NCBI GenBank assembly: GCA_032718475.1
Contig: JAUCBJ010001962.1
Location: forward strand, 1-39,572
Direction: 5' to 3'
DNA length: 39,572 bases
Source: Nemertoderma westbladi
Lineage: Eukaryota > Animalia > Xenacoelomorpha
A model generated the notes under the pieces. It was given only the letters and a program-made list of their open reading frames with translations. It did not search any database and had not been told where the DNA came from. The translations under genes and the position numbers were made by a program. Shown here one piece after another: positions 20,162 through 32,092 of this stretch (its first letter is position 1; the number at the start of each line of letters is the position of its first letter).

Positions 20162-21355
20162 TGTTCGCGCTTTCAGACCTTTAGCAGTTTAACCTGCCAA
20201 ATTGGGATGTCTTCTAGATAATAGATCGTCTTTAGCCTATGACAAGTATTTGATACACTACATTAGCCGAAGCCAGTCTATGCGCGATCATTCACCCACT
20301 GGATATACCTGGGAGACTGGATTCGGGAGCCTAACTGTATTGCGGGGTAGGCCTACTGTATTATTCGACTGATCGTAATATATAATCTCTGACAAATATT
20401 ATTCACTTTCGGGAAATATTAACAGTTCCTTTAGGACGTGGCGCTCTAAATATATAAACAGAGTTATGACTTAAACCAGACACAACGGGATGGCTATAGA
20501 TTCACTCACGTATATGGCGCATTCTTTAGGAGATGCTTCGTTATCAATCACGATCATACACAATACTGCACAATGCTGCACACCAATCTGCCGACCTTCA
20601 CTAATTTTAGTCACATATAAGGAGAACAACAGACAATACATGTAGGGCCTATAAAATAGCATTAGATTCACTTCAAACCACTTAATGTAAGTCGCAATTG
20701 TTATATGTAACCGGTCTCTCTAACCTTTAGTATATCAAGAAGATTGGGGTGTCTGATTATTTATCAGTATTCCAAATATAATATTCCATCAACAAATATA
20801 ATGAATAACCGACAGTAAAAGCAGCAAATTGTTAAGGTATAAATTGATATGATCGCTTTGTTAAGTATGTCAGTATGGTATGATTAGTTAAGTTCAGTGA
20901 GTTATGTTAAGATAACGGATATACGTTCTATAATTAAGCCTACTAATGTTGAGCTAAAGACTGAAACACGGAGGTTCCATGCTGGTGTTGTAGGCTGCGG
21001 ACAAATCACATACTGACTCAACTCCACGAGTTTCTATATACAATCTCTAACACAGAGGCAAAAAACGCTCTGATTGGTTGACCGAACAAAGAAGGAACAG
21101 AGAACAAAGAAAAGGTCCACGTATACAGCATCAGCTGTTAGCCGTCGTCATGGTAGCTACACTGTTTACAGAGGATTTGGCGCATTGCGTCATAAAATTG
21201 CTAATCATGTCCGCTAAAGTACACATACAGAAGAAATAGCTTTTATGTCCTCTAAAACAACAGTACAGTAAGGACACGGCCTTTTATGCCTGTTAAACCA
21301 ACTACAGAGTACTTTACGGGGAAAATAACCGGCTAATTACGCAAAAGCCTTTACA
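20162..21355 (-). repeat. 5' LTR of element B (1194 bp)
   Basis: Direct repeat of 8320-9509. Minus-strand TATATAGA (~21040) lies ~26 nt upstream of a TCAGTA initiator-like motif (~21014). Confidence 0.97.
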
Positions 21356-21360
21356 GGGAG

Positions 21361-22107
21361 GACTTCTTGGATTATTCGAGAAGGTTAAACTTCGGTCTGG
21401 AGGGACACATACAGACTGCAGGACATACTGTAGGCCTTACTGCACATACTATAGGCCATGCTGGGAGAGATAGTGTAGGCGATAGGGTAGCGCGGACAAC
21501 GGGATTAAACCCGGAAGTCGCGGAGTATATACCGGTAGGTAGGCCAGAAGAGGATAGGCATATACCGGTACCAGCACAGCAGTATGACTATAACATGCAG
21601 GGACATAACATATATCCAGGGGAAGGGAGAGTTATTGCGGATAGGTGTATGGGCCCCAATATATTAACATCAACCCCAGTACCAAACATACCACTGGTGG
21701 GGGGGGGGGGGGGACAGGGTGACATTCCCCCATTACAATATCAACAATATACTCAAACAGAAATAAGAACATCGAACCCCATGGATGACAACAGATCTTG
21801 CGACCGGAAATATGGAGGGGGCCGTTACCCCCAATGTTATATCCGACGCAAAGGAAGGCAACAGGCCGGACGGGCGGACCGCACCCAATGGGAGAATCTG
21901 TACAGCATCCTTCGAACCCATTGGAAGCACAGGCGATGGGAATGGCTACATTAATCGATGCACTCAAGACCAGAATCGAGCTACCACCCGTAGAACCATT
22001 TAAATTCGACGGAAGTAGGCCGGAAGAATACCTGCAATTTCGGCGCATGTACAGCAACGAGATATTAACCAAGAACCTGACGCTGGCAGAGTGCCTAAAA
22101 TATCTAC
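21361..22107 (+). pseudogene. gag: Continuation of A1 gag into the start of the capsid domain
   Basis: IELPPVEPFKFDGSRPEEYLQFRRMY..LTLAECLKYL matches the BEL/Pao capsid start (DUF1759-like); frameshifts upstream. Confidence 0.75.
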
Positions 22108-22339
22108 TATTAACTGAGTTCCTACAGTATATATCAGTTACATTATATTAACTGAGTTGCAACACCGTTGAACCTAAACCGAATTGTTATTTCTATTTAC
22201 CACAATATTATTTATATATTATTATTAATTTTTATTCCGACTGAAAATTTGTCCTCCAGGTAAATCGACGTTACTCAATAACTGGCAATTATAAAAAAAC
22301 AATGGAGGTAAAAATAAAGTATTGGAGACTTCTATCTCT

Positions 22340-22556
22340 TGGCAGTTACCTGTCAGTTGGAGAGGTCGCCACATTCACTCCAAATGTTGAATACTCTCAC
22401 CATCCAACCCCATTCTTCAGTCCCCAAGGATCCCAGGTTCCCTTATCGCTGATTCAACATTCTAGTTACGAAATTGTAACTAACCTGACCCCGAATCGAA
22501 CAGGGGACCCCCTAGCTGGAGATCAAATGTGTGACTCATTCACTAGTCAATGGTAA
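22340..22556 (-). mobile_element. SINE-like repeat copy 1
   Basis: Reverse complement aligns with 22880-23010 (cagcgata.gggaacctgg.atc..gagtattcaacatt.ggagt); B-box-like GTTCGATTC on the minus strand. Confidence 0.6.
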
Positions 22557-22814
22557 AGGGGTTACTAGATAAATATTGGTATTACCATATTTATCAATCT
22601 TATACCTCCGTATATAATCCTATATTACCCCGACTACATACTCTATATATAATGTTACAATAATTGGACTTACCGTGGAGTATGTTGCCGTCAGGTATTA
22701 AATAACCCCAACCGTAATGTATTCATTCAATACTTGCCGTAGGCAGCACATCGCCGCCAGACAATCAAAAACACAACACTATTGCTCCATTTAACTCCAC
22801 ATCCGCAATCTGTC

Positions 22815-23012
22815 TATCTTGTGGAGGAGTTACTCTATTCGCCTTCTACATCAGAGATCCCGAGTTCGAACCCGGGCTGAATCAGTTTAAATTTCGCAAC
22901 TGGTACGTCAGGACAGCGATATGGGAACCTGGAATCTGGGGGGAGTAAAGAAAGAGGTTGGCTAGTGATGAGTATTCAACATTGGGAGTAAGTGTGGTGC
23001 CCTATCTGCCTT
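22815..23012 (+). mobile_element. tRNA-derived SINE-like repeat copy 2
   Basis: B box GAGTTCGAACCC at ~22862 and a body shared with copy 1 in inverted orientation. Confidence 0.6.
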
Positions 23013-23763
23013 TTAGAAACCTTTATATATTTTATCCACCGAACTCAAATTTTGATTTCTTACCAATAATTGTATCTCATTGATTCATAACTTCAGATAT
23101 GCGCAGTTGTGTAAAAAATGTATGCCTAAAATACAAAATTTAGGACAACTACAGTAATTCTGGATTCAAATATTGTTCATTGATTTGTCGCAAATGACGT
23201 TCAATGTAAAATTAATTATCTAATAACGTCGACCTTTATGTTTAGGCTACAATTAATTAATTTATAAAAACGAAAAACACAATAAATACATTGCTGCAAA
23301 TTTAACAATTAATATTAAATTATCAACAACAGCACTATAAATTAAATAATTAATATTAGGACACTAAAATAATGATTAATAACAAATCACAATCACAAAT
23401 CATCGTGCGATGTGTGAAATGTTATCCCGATCCGCAACCTGGGAAACGGCCCAAAGAGCAGTTTACTCTGCTAGGGGAATATATAAATGTTCATTACATA
23501 ATATAAACCGCTCCCAGTTGGCAAATAAAATAAGTTAATTATCTTCAGCTTAAATGAGTAAATAAAATCCACAGAAAATAATTATCCTAATTATTTTACA
23601 GGATTCTTAAGAAACTTTGCCTAACCTGTTGATATACCGATTTAAAGTCCAGTTATTGGTATTGAAAAGTTAAATTATTATAACAAATTAATATATTTAT
23701 ATGCAATTCATTGTATTTAATATATAATAATTAAACCACCTGTTTGTATTGACTAAATTATTA

Positions 23764-24608
23764 TTAGTTAAAAAAATTAATGGATGGCGAGTTTAAAGTT
23801 TTATTATTTATAGGAAACTGAATTCCGTCTTTAGTATAAACTAATACAACTGAACCCTTTCCTACGGCTATATAGGAGCTGTTGGGAGAGAAAGTGAATG
23901 CTGATAAACTGAAACTTTCTAACTCAGTAACTGGGAATCCGTCTTTAGTTACTTTTACTAACCCACTGTATAACTTATCGTTACTAAACCCATAAACAAG
24001 AATAATTCTAGAATCAGGTAAAAATTTCAACCTACAACCCACTGGGAATTCGCCCCCAACCGAATGATTCCCGGTTAATATATCGGTAAGAACTAATTCA
24101 CCACTCTCATCTAGAGTTGCTACTGTATTGTTAGAGTTTAATGCTACTAACTCACTAATCTTAGACCCCGGATTTGGAACTAAACTACGGAGTAATTTAC
24201 CCGGTTTCTCAAAAAACCATTTGTAAAAATTTCCAAATAAACCGGAATCATCCGAATCTTTATAACTCCACACACTGAGTTTATCAGCCGCTATACTAAC
24301 TAAATAGCTCAATGGAGCAACAAATACTAATCCCTCTACACATTCAGTAGACGTTGTTGGTAAAGTAATAAATTTATTATTATAATAAACCCGTATAATT
24401 CCATTGCGACACCCGTAAGCGAAAACCGGTTGGTTTTCTATTCCAGTTAATGAAGATATCGGACTCTCTTCGTCTTTATTTAGTTTAATATTCCCTTCCA
24501 TATCCATTATATGGAGGGAGTCCCACATATCCGCTGCTATGGTAACCGGTTCCGTATCTAGAACAGCTCGAACCCCGAGGTATCCAGTTAGTTTACCACC
24601 GCTGGTTG
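23764..24608 (-). pseudogene. WD40/beta-propeller-like ORF interrupted by the A2 LTR
   Basis: About 280 stop-free codons in AT-rich DNA with WD40-like blades (ISSL..FAYGCRNGIIRVY; VEGLVF..LVSIAADKLSVW; LSAFTFSPNSSYIAVG). The first ~29 codons of the called ORF are antisense LTR. Confidence 0.6.
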
Positions 24609-25155
24609 TGTGAGCGGATTCAATTCCGCCCACCACCCCATAAAGTTGGGAAGTGGCACCTTTCAGTAATATTGGGGATACGAGGTTAATCCCCAATTAA
24701 CCTCGTATCACACACCCAATAAACGGGGACAACAAACCCCGAAGGGCCACACAAAAGGGAGGTCAGAGGTTAAACCTCCGGGCGGGGAAAGTAACAGCAG
24801 TGGGGGGGGGGGGGGGGGGGGGGGGGGCAGGGAACGCATCCGCTAGGTTCAATGGCCATAAGTAATGTAGCTAACCAATATATATTACCGGTCAGTGCCC
24901 ATCACAATTTCAGTTATCTCAGTTATTCAGGGCAGTACGGTGACACTTTATACCATCACCGCCGTCACCAATTATTATCTATATTACCGGTCAGACACTG
25001 TGCTATCTGTTATCTGCTATCTTTGTATACTATAACCACTACTGTCAGAGTTTATCAATAATATCGGAACAACAAACTCTTTCTTTTCCATCACACGGTG
25101 CAGCCTGACGCGTAAATAAACCAAAACCCAGTCTGGATCCTCTGATCCCGTCACA
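24609..25155 (+). repeat. 5' LTR of A2
   Basis: TGTGAGCGGATTCAATTCCGC...GATCCCGTCACA; TATATATT at ~24879, TCAGTT at ~24910, AATAAA at ~25116. Confidence 0.9.
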
Positions 25156-25261
25156 GTATAAAGTCACCGACTGGCCTAGTTACTCAGTTACTCAGTACGG
25201 TCACAGTACGGCTACTGACCCTAAAGAACTGTGACTGCCAGCCACCAGAAGGATAGACAGG

Positions 25262-27330
25262 ATGAGCGAACCCCGAGACTTAGAGGGAGAGACGACACCA
25301 CCGCGGACCCCGGATGATACGAACGAAATGATCCACGTGGCCGCGACAAGACAGTATCGACCCCAACACTGTCTACCAGAGCGGGAGGAAGAGTCAACGC
25401 GCGACAGCGCACGAGGTACCGATGTCGCCGGACAGCCACAGGCCGAGGGCGACGGACGGCCCACCGGAACGGCGACGGTGCGGCCGCCGGTACGATGCCG
25501 AACCAGGAGGGGAGAAGGAAAGATCGGCGATGAGGACGTCGGAACCAGCGACCGGCTCCGACGAGCCTACAACGCAACCAAGAAACAACTCAAGGAGGCT
25601 AGGGAAGGTGTAAAGATAGATCCAGGAAAGTTAAACCAGCGGCTAGGTGAGTCGAACAAACACTTTAAATACCTAGTTCGCTTCGGGCAGGGAGAACTAG
25701 CCAGTGAGAGAGCGAGGGGGGTCGCCACCGAACTATTTGAACTGTGGCGATCCAGGATTATGGAGCCCCAAGTTGTGTACATAGGGCCGTATTTAGTGGA
25801 TGCGAGGGGTATTAAGTTAGTGGGTTGGGCAGACCCGCACGAGGGCGAATCCGAGATTAACCCCGAGGATTCGGTCTCGTCGGTTAGCGAAAATCCCAGA
25901 AAGCGGGGGAAAGTTAGCAGGACGGAGAGGCGATGGGAGTCCGTCGCGACCGACAAGTCCGCTACATCCTCCGCAAAAGTAAGAAGGGTGTTAGAATTAG
26001 ATCTGGCGTGCCAGTTGGATATGGTGGTGCTAGACCAAAAGGAGTTAGAGAGACAGTTGGAAGAGGGGAGTGCATTGTTAGAGAAAGAGAGAGAGTTGGC
26101 GAGGGAGTGTAAATAGAGGGCCGAAAGGGTGGCGAATGAGCGTGAGGCGAGAGAAACGAGAATAGAGAAAGAGCGCGAGGAACGAGAGATGAGAGCAGAG
26201 AAAGAGCGCAAAGAACGAGAAGCGAGAGAGGCAGAATTTGCGGACCAAAGTTTACGGGAGGATAGAGAGAGAGAGAGAGCGGGGAAGCATATGCGGGATG
26301 ATATGCATGCCCGGTTAAGGGGGCTTATGCAATATCAGGCCAAACAGAAGCGCCGATTGGAACTGGCGTAGTTGGGGCTATCAGAGAGCGAGGCTGGCTC
26401 GGATAGTGTTTATGAGGAGCCAGAAGTTATGGAAACGTTTGTTAATACCCCACTTACAGGGACCGGACGACAGACCCAAGACTGGTGTAACCGTATGGGC
26501 GGGGGTTGTGGGGGGGGGGGGGGGTATTAATAATACGTTAGAGAATGTTGATATTAATAGTGCCGTAGTGGATAACCCTAATCAAACTTTCATTGCAGGA
26601 AATAATATTTTGCCTGATTATTGCAATTTAAATCCGAACGATCCTAGTTTAAATGTAGAAAATAACTCAAATAATAATATAGATTCGAATTTACAAAATA
26701 ATTCAAATAATTTAAATACGCAAAATAATCTAAATAACAATCTTAATTCAAACGAACACTCTAACCAAAATATAGAAAATATTTTAAATAATAATCCGAA
26801 TTCAGAAAATAATTCTAATAATATTTAAATAATTTGGAAAATAATATTAATAATGGTGCTATTAATGTAAACGCAGCTAATGTAGGTGGTCCGACCAGCG
26901 GGGGCCTGGTGTGCAGGGGCGTGCTAGTGTGCAGGGAGTAACGGGGGTGAGAGACCCCGAGGTGGGCCTGGTAGGCCACGTAGTTAGTACGCAGGGAGTA
27001 GCGGGGTTATCATTCCGACGGGAGCCTGCCAGGCAACGCAGTGATAGAGGGAGAGGCGGGGGTGAATAGACCCAGCTGCAGTAGAGTTAGTGCATCGACT
27101 AGAGAGGGGTGTAGAAGCGAAGTAAGAGATAGTGAAGTGATAGGTGGCGAGTGGGGGGGGGGGGGGGCTACAGGAGCCCCACAACGAGAGATTAGCGGCG
27201 AGAGGGGGGGGGGGGCAGAGAGTGTCCCACAGGCGTCGGCGGATAATGCGCAGGGCAAATTAGGTGAACCGCAGCACCCGGCGATGGAGAATAGTAGGGG
27301 GATTACGAGTATCACCAGCGGCGTGCGACC
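25262..27330 (+). pseudogene. gag: Degenerate gag N-terminal region of A2
   Basis: Homologous to A1 6350-7900 (INPEDSVSSVS, coiled coil, Asn-rich tract); stops at 26114 and 26369; capsid and knuckles deleted at ~27330. Confidence 0.75.
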
Positions 27331-30300
27331 AGCTGATGCTGGTCGACAGTGGAGCAGCCTCCACATTGGTCGAGAATTGGGTGGCCGAAGAGATAGGATT
27401 GAAGACGAGGCCAAGTAGAATGGCGGTAACAACCATCTCCAGCAAAGATGAGGTCCTGGAGATGAGGACTGGACGGTGCGGGATAGCAGCGATAGCACCG
27501 GGATGCGATTATGGGGCGACAATCAACCCCATCCAGGTGATAGAGTCGATAAATATCAATGCCAGGCGACCAACCAACATCGAGGTCGAACAATATAGAT
27601 TCCTGGACAGCATCGACTTCTCAATACCAGAAGTGGACGTTAGGAAGGTATCCATTATAGTAGGAATGGACTGCCCGACGGCCCACGAGAGAATGCAGAC
27701 GGTCTTCGGTGAAGACAGACAGTGTGACCCGGTGGCGATTTTAACACCATTCGGGTGGATGCTGAGCGGCCCAATCAGAACCAAGATACCGTTTAGGATG
27801 TCGGAGACATCAGGATGCATGTTCGCGGGAACTATGCGGGAGATGGAAGATCAGGGAGCGGAGGAGCAGCTCAGGAGACTGCTTAGGCAGGATTTTGAGG
27901 GTTTTAAAGAGACTGGGGTCGGAACCTGGGCAGAAGATAAACAGGCTATGCAAAGCATAAAGGAGTCGATGAGATGCGATGAGGGGCGGTACACCATAGG
28001 GATGGTATGGAAACAACCAAAATTACCGTTGCCCGACAACAAAGGAATGGTACTCACGAGGCTTCGTAAGTTGAAGCAAATGCTAAAACGAAGCCCCGGA
28101 AAGAATGAGTACATTCATAGAACTATAAGAAAGTATGTCTAGAAAGGATGGGCCGTGGAGTTACCGGTCGACGAACCGAAAACGGACAGGACCTATTACC
28201 TACCACTTCACGTGGCTTTAGACCCGAAGAAAGGTAAACTGCGGATGGTAGTTGACGCATCGGCCAAGACTAATGGCAAATGCCTAAACAATTATCTGCT
28301 AGAGGGTCCCAACATCTACAACTCAGGGATCGAGGTCCTACTCAGATTCAGAAACGGGAGGCATGCCTTCACTTGTGACATGGAAGGCATGTTCAACCAA
28401 GTCCGTGTGACGGAGGAGGATAGCGACAGCCAGCGCTTCCTATGGTACAACGTCGACGAGGAACAGTCGACAATACTGATGTACAAGATGGTGGTGCAGA
28501 ATATGGGGCCCAAGTCGTCCTCATTTACGATGACTGTGGCTGTAAGGGACACAGTAGAGGGGAAAGAGGAGAGTTACAGTGCCAAAGCCGTCGATATGAT
28601 TCGACGCGGCTTCTATGTAGATGACGGGATGGAGTCTGGAAACACGGTTAAAGAACTACTGAATACAGGGCGCGAGGTTCGCGACATCCTGAAAGGATCC
28701 GGGTTTAACCTGACCAAGTTCCAATCCAGCTCGGAAGAGTTTATGAGAGCCATAGAGGACAGGAGGCCAGAGTCGACCATGGATAATCCCACGACAGCCA
28801 AGGGACAGGACATGGCAAACAATAGGGTAGAGTCCCAGCAGAAGGCATTAGGGATCGTGTGGAACTGAGAGACAGACGAGTTCAAGTACCAGCTGAGCCA
28901 GGAGGGCGCGGACATCCACACAAAGGGGGGCTATGTATCGTATGTAGCAAGGATATACGATCCCCTAGGCCTAGCATCCCCACTATTAGTCATGGGAAAG
29001 CAGATACTTAAGAAAGTATACAAGCTAAAGGACGAATGGGATACAGAGGTCCCGGAAGAGATCAGCAAGCAGTGGAGCAAGTGGACAGAGAGTTTAGAAC
29101 AGATGGGGACATACAGCATGCCACGCGTGTATTTCCCGGATGGGGACATAACGAATCTGGATCTGCATATGTTCTCCGATGCGTCATTGGAAGCATATGG
29201 AGCGGCACTCTACCTAGTACAACGAGAGGGGGCCCATAAGCCCAGACTTGCATTCAGCAAAGCAAAGTCGACGCCCCCAGATTCAGCATTGGTCCCAAAA
29301 CTCAAGTTGACAGCTGCGAGATTAGGAGTAAGAGCCACAGCATACTTGATGGACACTATTCCCAACATAGTGGAAACATACTACTGGACGGACTCCATGG
29401 TAGTGCTTGGTTGGCTACACAATGAGAAGATGAGATACCCTATATTCGTCGCAACACTTTGTGGTACGCCACACTTTCTTGAAGAAGGAAGTATTGTGGC
29501 AGCACGGGCCGCAATTCCTGAACGATAGGACAGCCTGGCCACCGATGAAGAAGGTGGACCCGGGCTCAGAGGAAGTGGTATTAGAGGAAGAGGGAGGAGA
29601 CTCAGAAGGTGAAGAAATAGTCAAATGGTGAGGGAGATCAGGGACGTGCAACCAAAAATGGAAGAACTATGCGATAACCCGATGGACAAACTCCTCAGCT
29701 ATAGCTCAAGTTGGTACAAGACCAAGAAGTTAGTGGCGTAGTAGAGAGCCTTCGGGAATTTCCTCAAGGGAGTCGGTAAAGACACCAAAAATAAACCAAA
29801 CATCGATCTGGAGGGAGCGGCCAAGGCTGTCATTCGTTACGAACAGGGAAAGAACTATGGCGAGGAAGTGGAGCACGTCGGTAAACAACAGCATCTCCGT
29901 CGGGACAGCGAGCTTATCACGCTGTCGCCACAACTTAATGAAGATGGGATCTTAGTAATGAACTCTAGAGTGCTAAATAACAACAGCCTCATTTTTCCTC
30001 CAAAACCCATCATCATCCAGAATAGATCGCCGATAGTCCACCAGATCATCTGGGACTCCCACAAGTCAATATTGCACGGGGGCACCAACCGGACTCTCAC
30101 GGAGATAAGGAGGACCTTCTGGATCACACAGCTAAGGAAGAAGGTGAAGGCGGTAGTGGGGCAGTGCCAGACCTGCCAACGGACGAGGAAGGAGCGGGCC
30201 ATACAGGAGATGGCGCCATTACCGGCCTTAGAAAGGTTCAGAGACCGCAAAGGTGGGACGATCGCAGTAATATACTCCGATAATGGAACCAACTTTGTGG

Positions 30301-30986
30301 GGGCGGAGAACGAGTTGGCAGAGGCCTTGGACATCCTGGAAGGGGAGGAAGTCAGGGCAGCCATGAGGAGACGACAGGTGAAGTGGGAGAGGAGGACGCT
30401 GTATGCTCCGCATACTCTAGGATGCATCGAGAGACTCGTGGGTAGTTCCAAGCGTCTGATGACGAAGCTGATGAACACCCACATTGTGACAGAAGATGTA
30501 CTAAGGACGGTACTAGCTAAGTGCGAGGGTATCATTAATAGCAGACCGCTATACCCAGAAAATGATGACCCAGAGTCATTAGATGTGCTGACACCCAGTC
30601 ACTTTCTAATGGAGAGGTCGGCGACCATTGACATGCGGGGTGTAGACCCAGACGATATATACTCCCGACAGAGTTGGAAAGTCGCTAAGGCGATAAGCGC
30701 GGAGTACTGGAGGAGGTGGGTCGAGGAATATCTACCCACACTTCATAGGAGGAGCAAGTGGAGAAATACCACTAGGGAGTTGAAGAAGGATGATCTGTTG
30801 ATCGTCATGGACGATACCATCATCAACAACCAATGGAGATTGGCAAGAGTAGTGGACACTTACTCCGATGAGGACGGAAGAGTCCGATCGGTAGAAGTGC
30901 AGATAGGTGGAAAGATAGGAGCGAAAGATAGGAAGACCTACAGGAGGGCTGTAGGAAAATGCTGCCTGCTAAAGGGCGCACCGTAG
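27331..30986 (+). pseudogene. pol: BEL/Pao pol (aspartic protease, RT, Pao RNase H, integrase, DUF5641-like tail)
   Basis: LVDSGA; YYLPLH..KLRMVVDASAK..LNNYLLEGP; CDMEGMFNQV; FYVDDG; LHMFSDASLEAYGA; H..HGG..CQTC; YSDNGTNFVGA; WRRWVEEYLPTL..DGRVRSVEV. Several stops and frameshifts, and an in-frame deletion in the integrase core at ~30224. Confidence 0.95.
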
Positions 30987-31164
30987 AGTTTAGTCGTCCA
31001 AGTGTTGGACTGAGGGGGGTGGGATTGAGGGCGAGACGCCCTTTCCACACAAATATAAAACATAAAAAAAAATAATAAAATAATAGAGAAAGAGAGAAAG
31101 AGAAAGGAAAGTAATAGTACATAGTAGGTACGTAGTAAGTAAGTAGGCAGATAGAAGTTAGTCA

Positions 31165-31665
31165 GAGTCAGTTAGTAGTAAGAGGGTACGTAGTACCGTT
31201 AGTTAGTTGGAGAGTTAGTTAGTAGTAAGAGGGTACGTAGTACCTTTAGTTGGAGAGTTAGTTAGTAGTAAGAGGGTACGTAGTACTGTTAGTTGGAGAG
31301 TTAGTTAGTAGTAAGAGGGTACGTAGTACCAGCAGTAAGAGTTAGTGGAGTTAGTTAGTAGTAAGGGGGTACATAGTACCGGTAGTAAGAGTTAGTGGAG
31401 TTAGAGAAGTTAGTAAGAGGGTACATAGTACCGGTAGTAAGAGTTAGTAGAGAAGTTCATAAGAGGGTACATAGTACCGGCAATAAGAGTTAGTGGAGTA
31501 GAGAAGTTAGTAAGAGTGTACATAATACCGATAGTAAGAGTTAGTAGAGAAGTTAATAAGAGGGTACGTATAGTACCATTAGTAGTAAGAGTTAGTGGTA
31601 AGAGGGTATATATTATACAGTAAGAGTTAGTAAGAGTTAATAGAAATTAGTTAGAAAGTTAGTAG
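31165..31665 (+). repeat. Degenerate ~35-42-bp tandem repeat between pol and the accessory ORF of A2
   Basis: Recurring gttagtagtaagagggtac(g/a)tagtacc units, about 12 copies. Confidence 0.85.
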
Positions 31666-32092
31666 TGAGTAGCGAGAGGGGGGCACGTGGGTACAGCTAG
31701 GCAGATCGTGTAGGCCACACGAGATATACTGCTGAACTGCACAAGCCCATAGAGTAGACCAGAATATGGATTAGAATAGAAATAATCTATTAGTAAATAC
31801 TGATAGCACAGTTGTAGAATTAAAAATTAAATATTAGAAATTAGAAATTAAACAAATTATGGTAACAGTAAGAAAAATATTCCAGAACATAATTAAAGTA
31901 ACGGACAAAATTACGAAATTTAGTAAAAATTAGCACTTTTAGGGAATAAGATGGGAAAATTAGGCAATAACCTGACATTCAGCGAGAGATAGGCCATTAT
32001 CGGACCGCAGAGACTATCCAAACTTCATCACTCATCTATATTGTGCCTTGGCAAGGCCCCACCTTATAGGTGAGCGATCGAGAGAGTTCGAA

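Larger units (their letters stand above)
8320..21355 (-). mobile_element. BEL/Pao LTR retrotransposon B, 13.0 kb, internally deleted (non-autonomous)
   Basis: Two ~1.19-kb LTRs with TGT...ACA termini, 5-bp TSD GGGAG (8315-8319 and 21356-21360), Gag capsid and integrase C-terminal remnants on the minus strand. Confidence 0.95.
5517..22107 (+). mobile_element. BEL/Pao family A copy A1, 3'-truncated and split by element B
   Basis: 5' LTR 5517-6114 and gag N-terminal region to 8319; it resumes at 21361 after element B and its TSD, and ends in the capsid motif LPPVEPFKFDGSRPEEYLQF..LAECLKYL where the satellite resumes. Confidence 0.85.
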
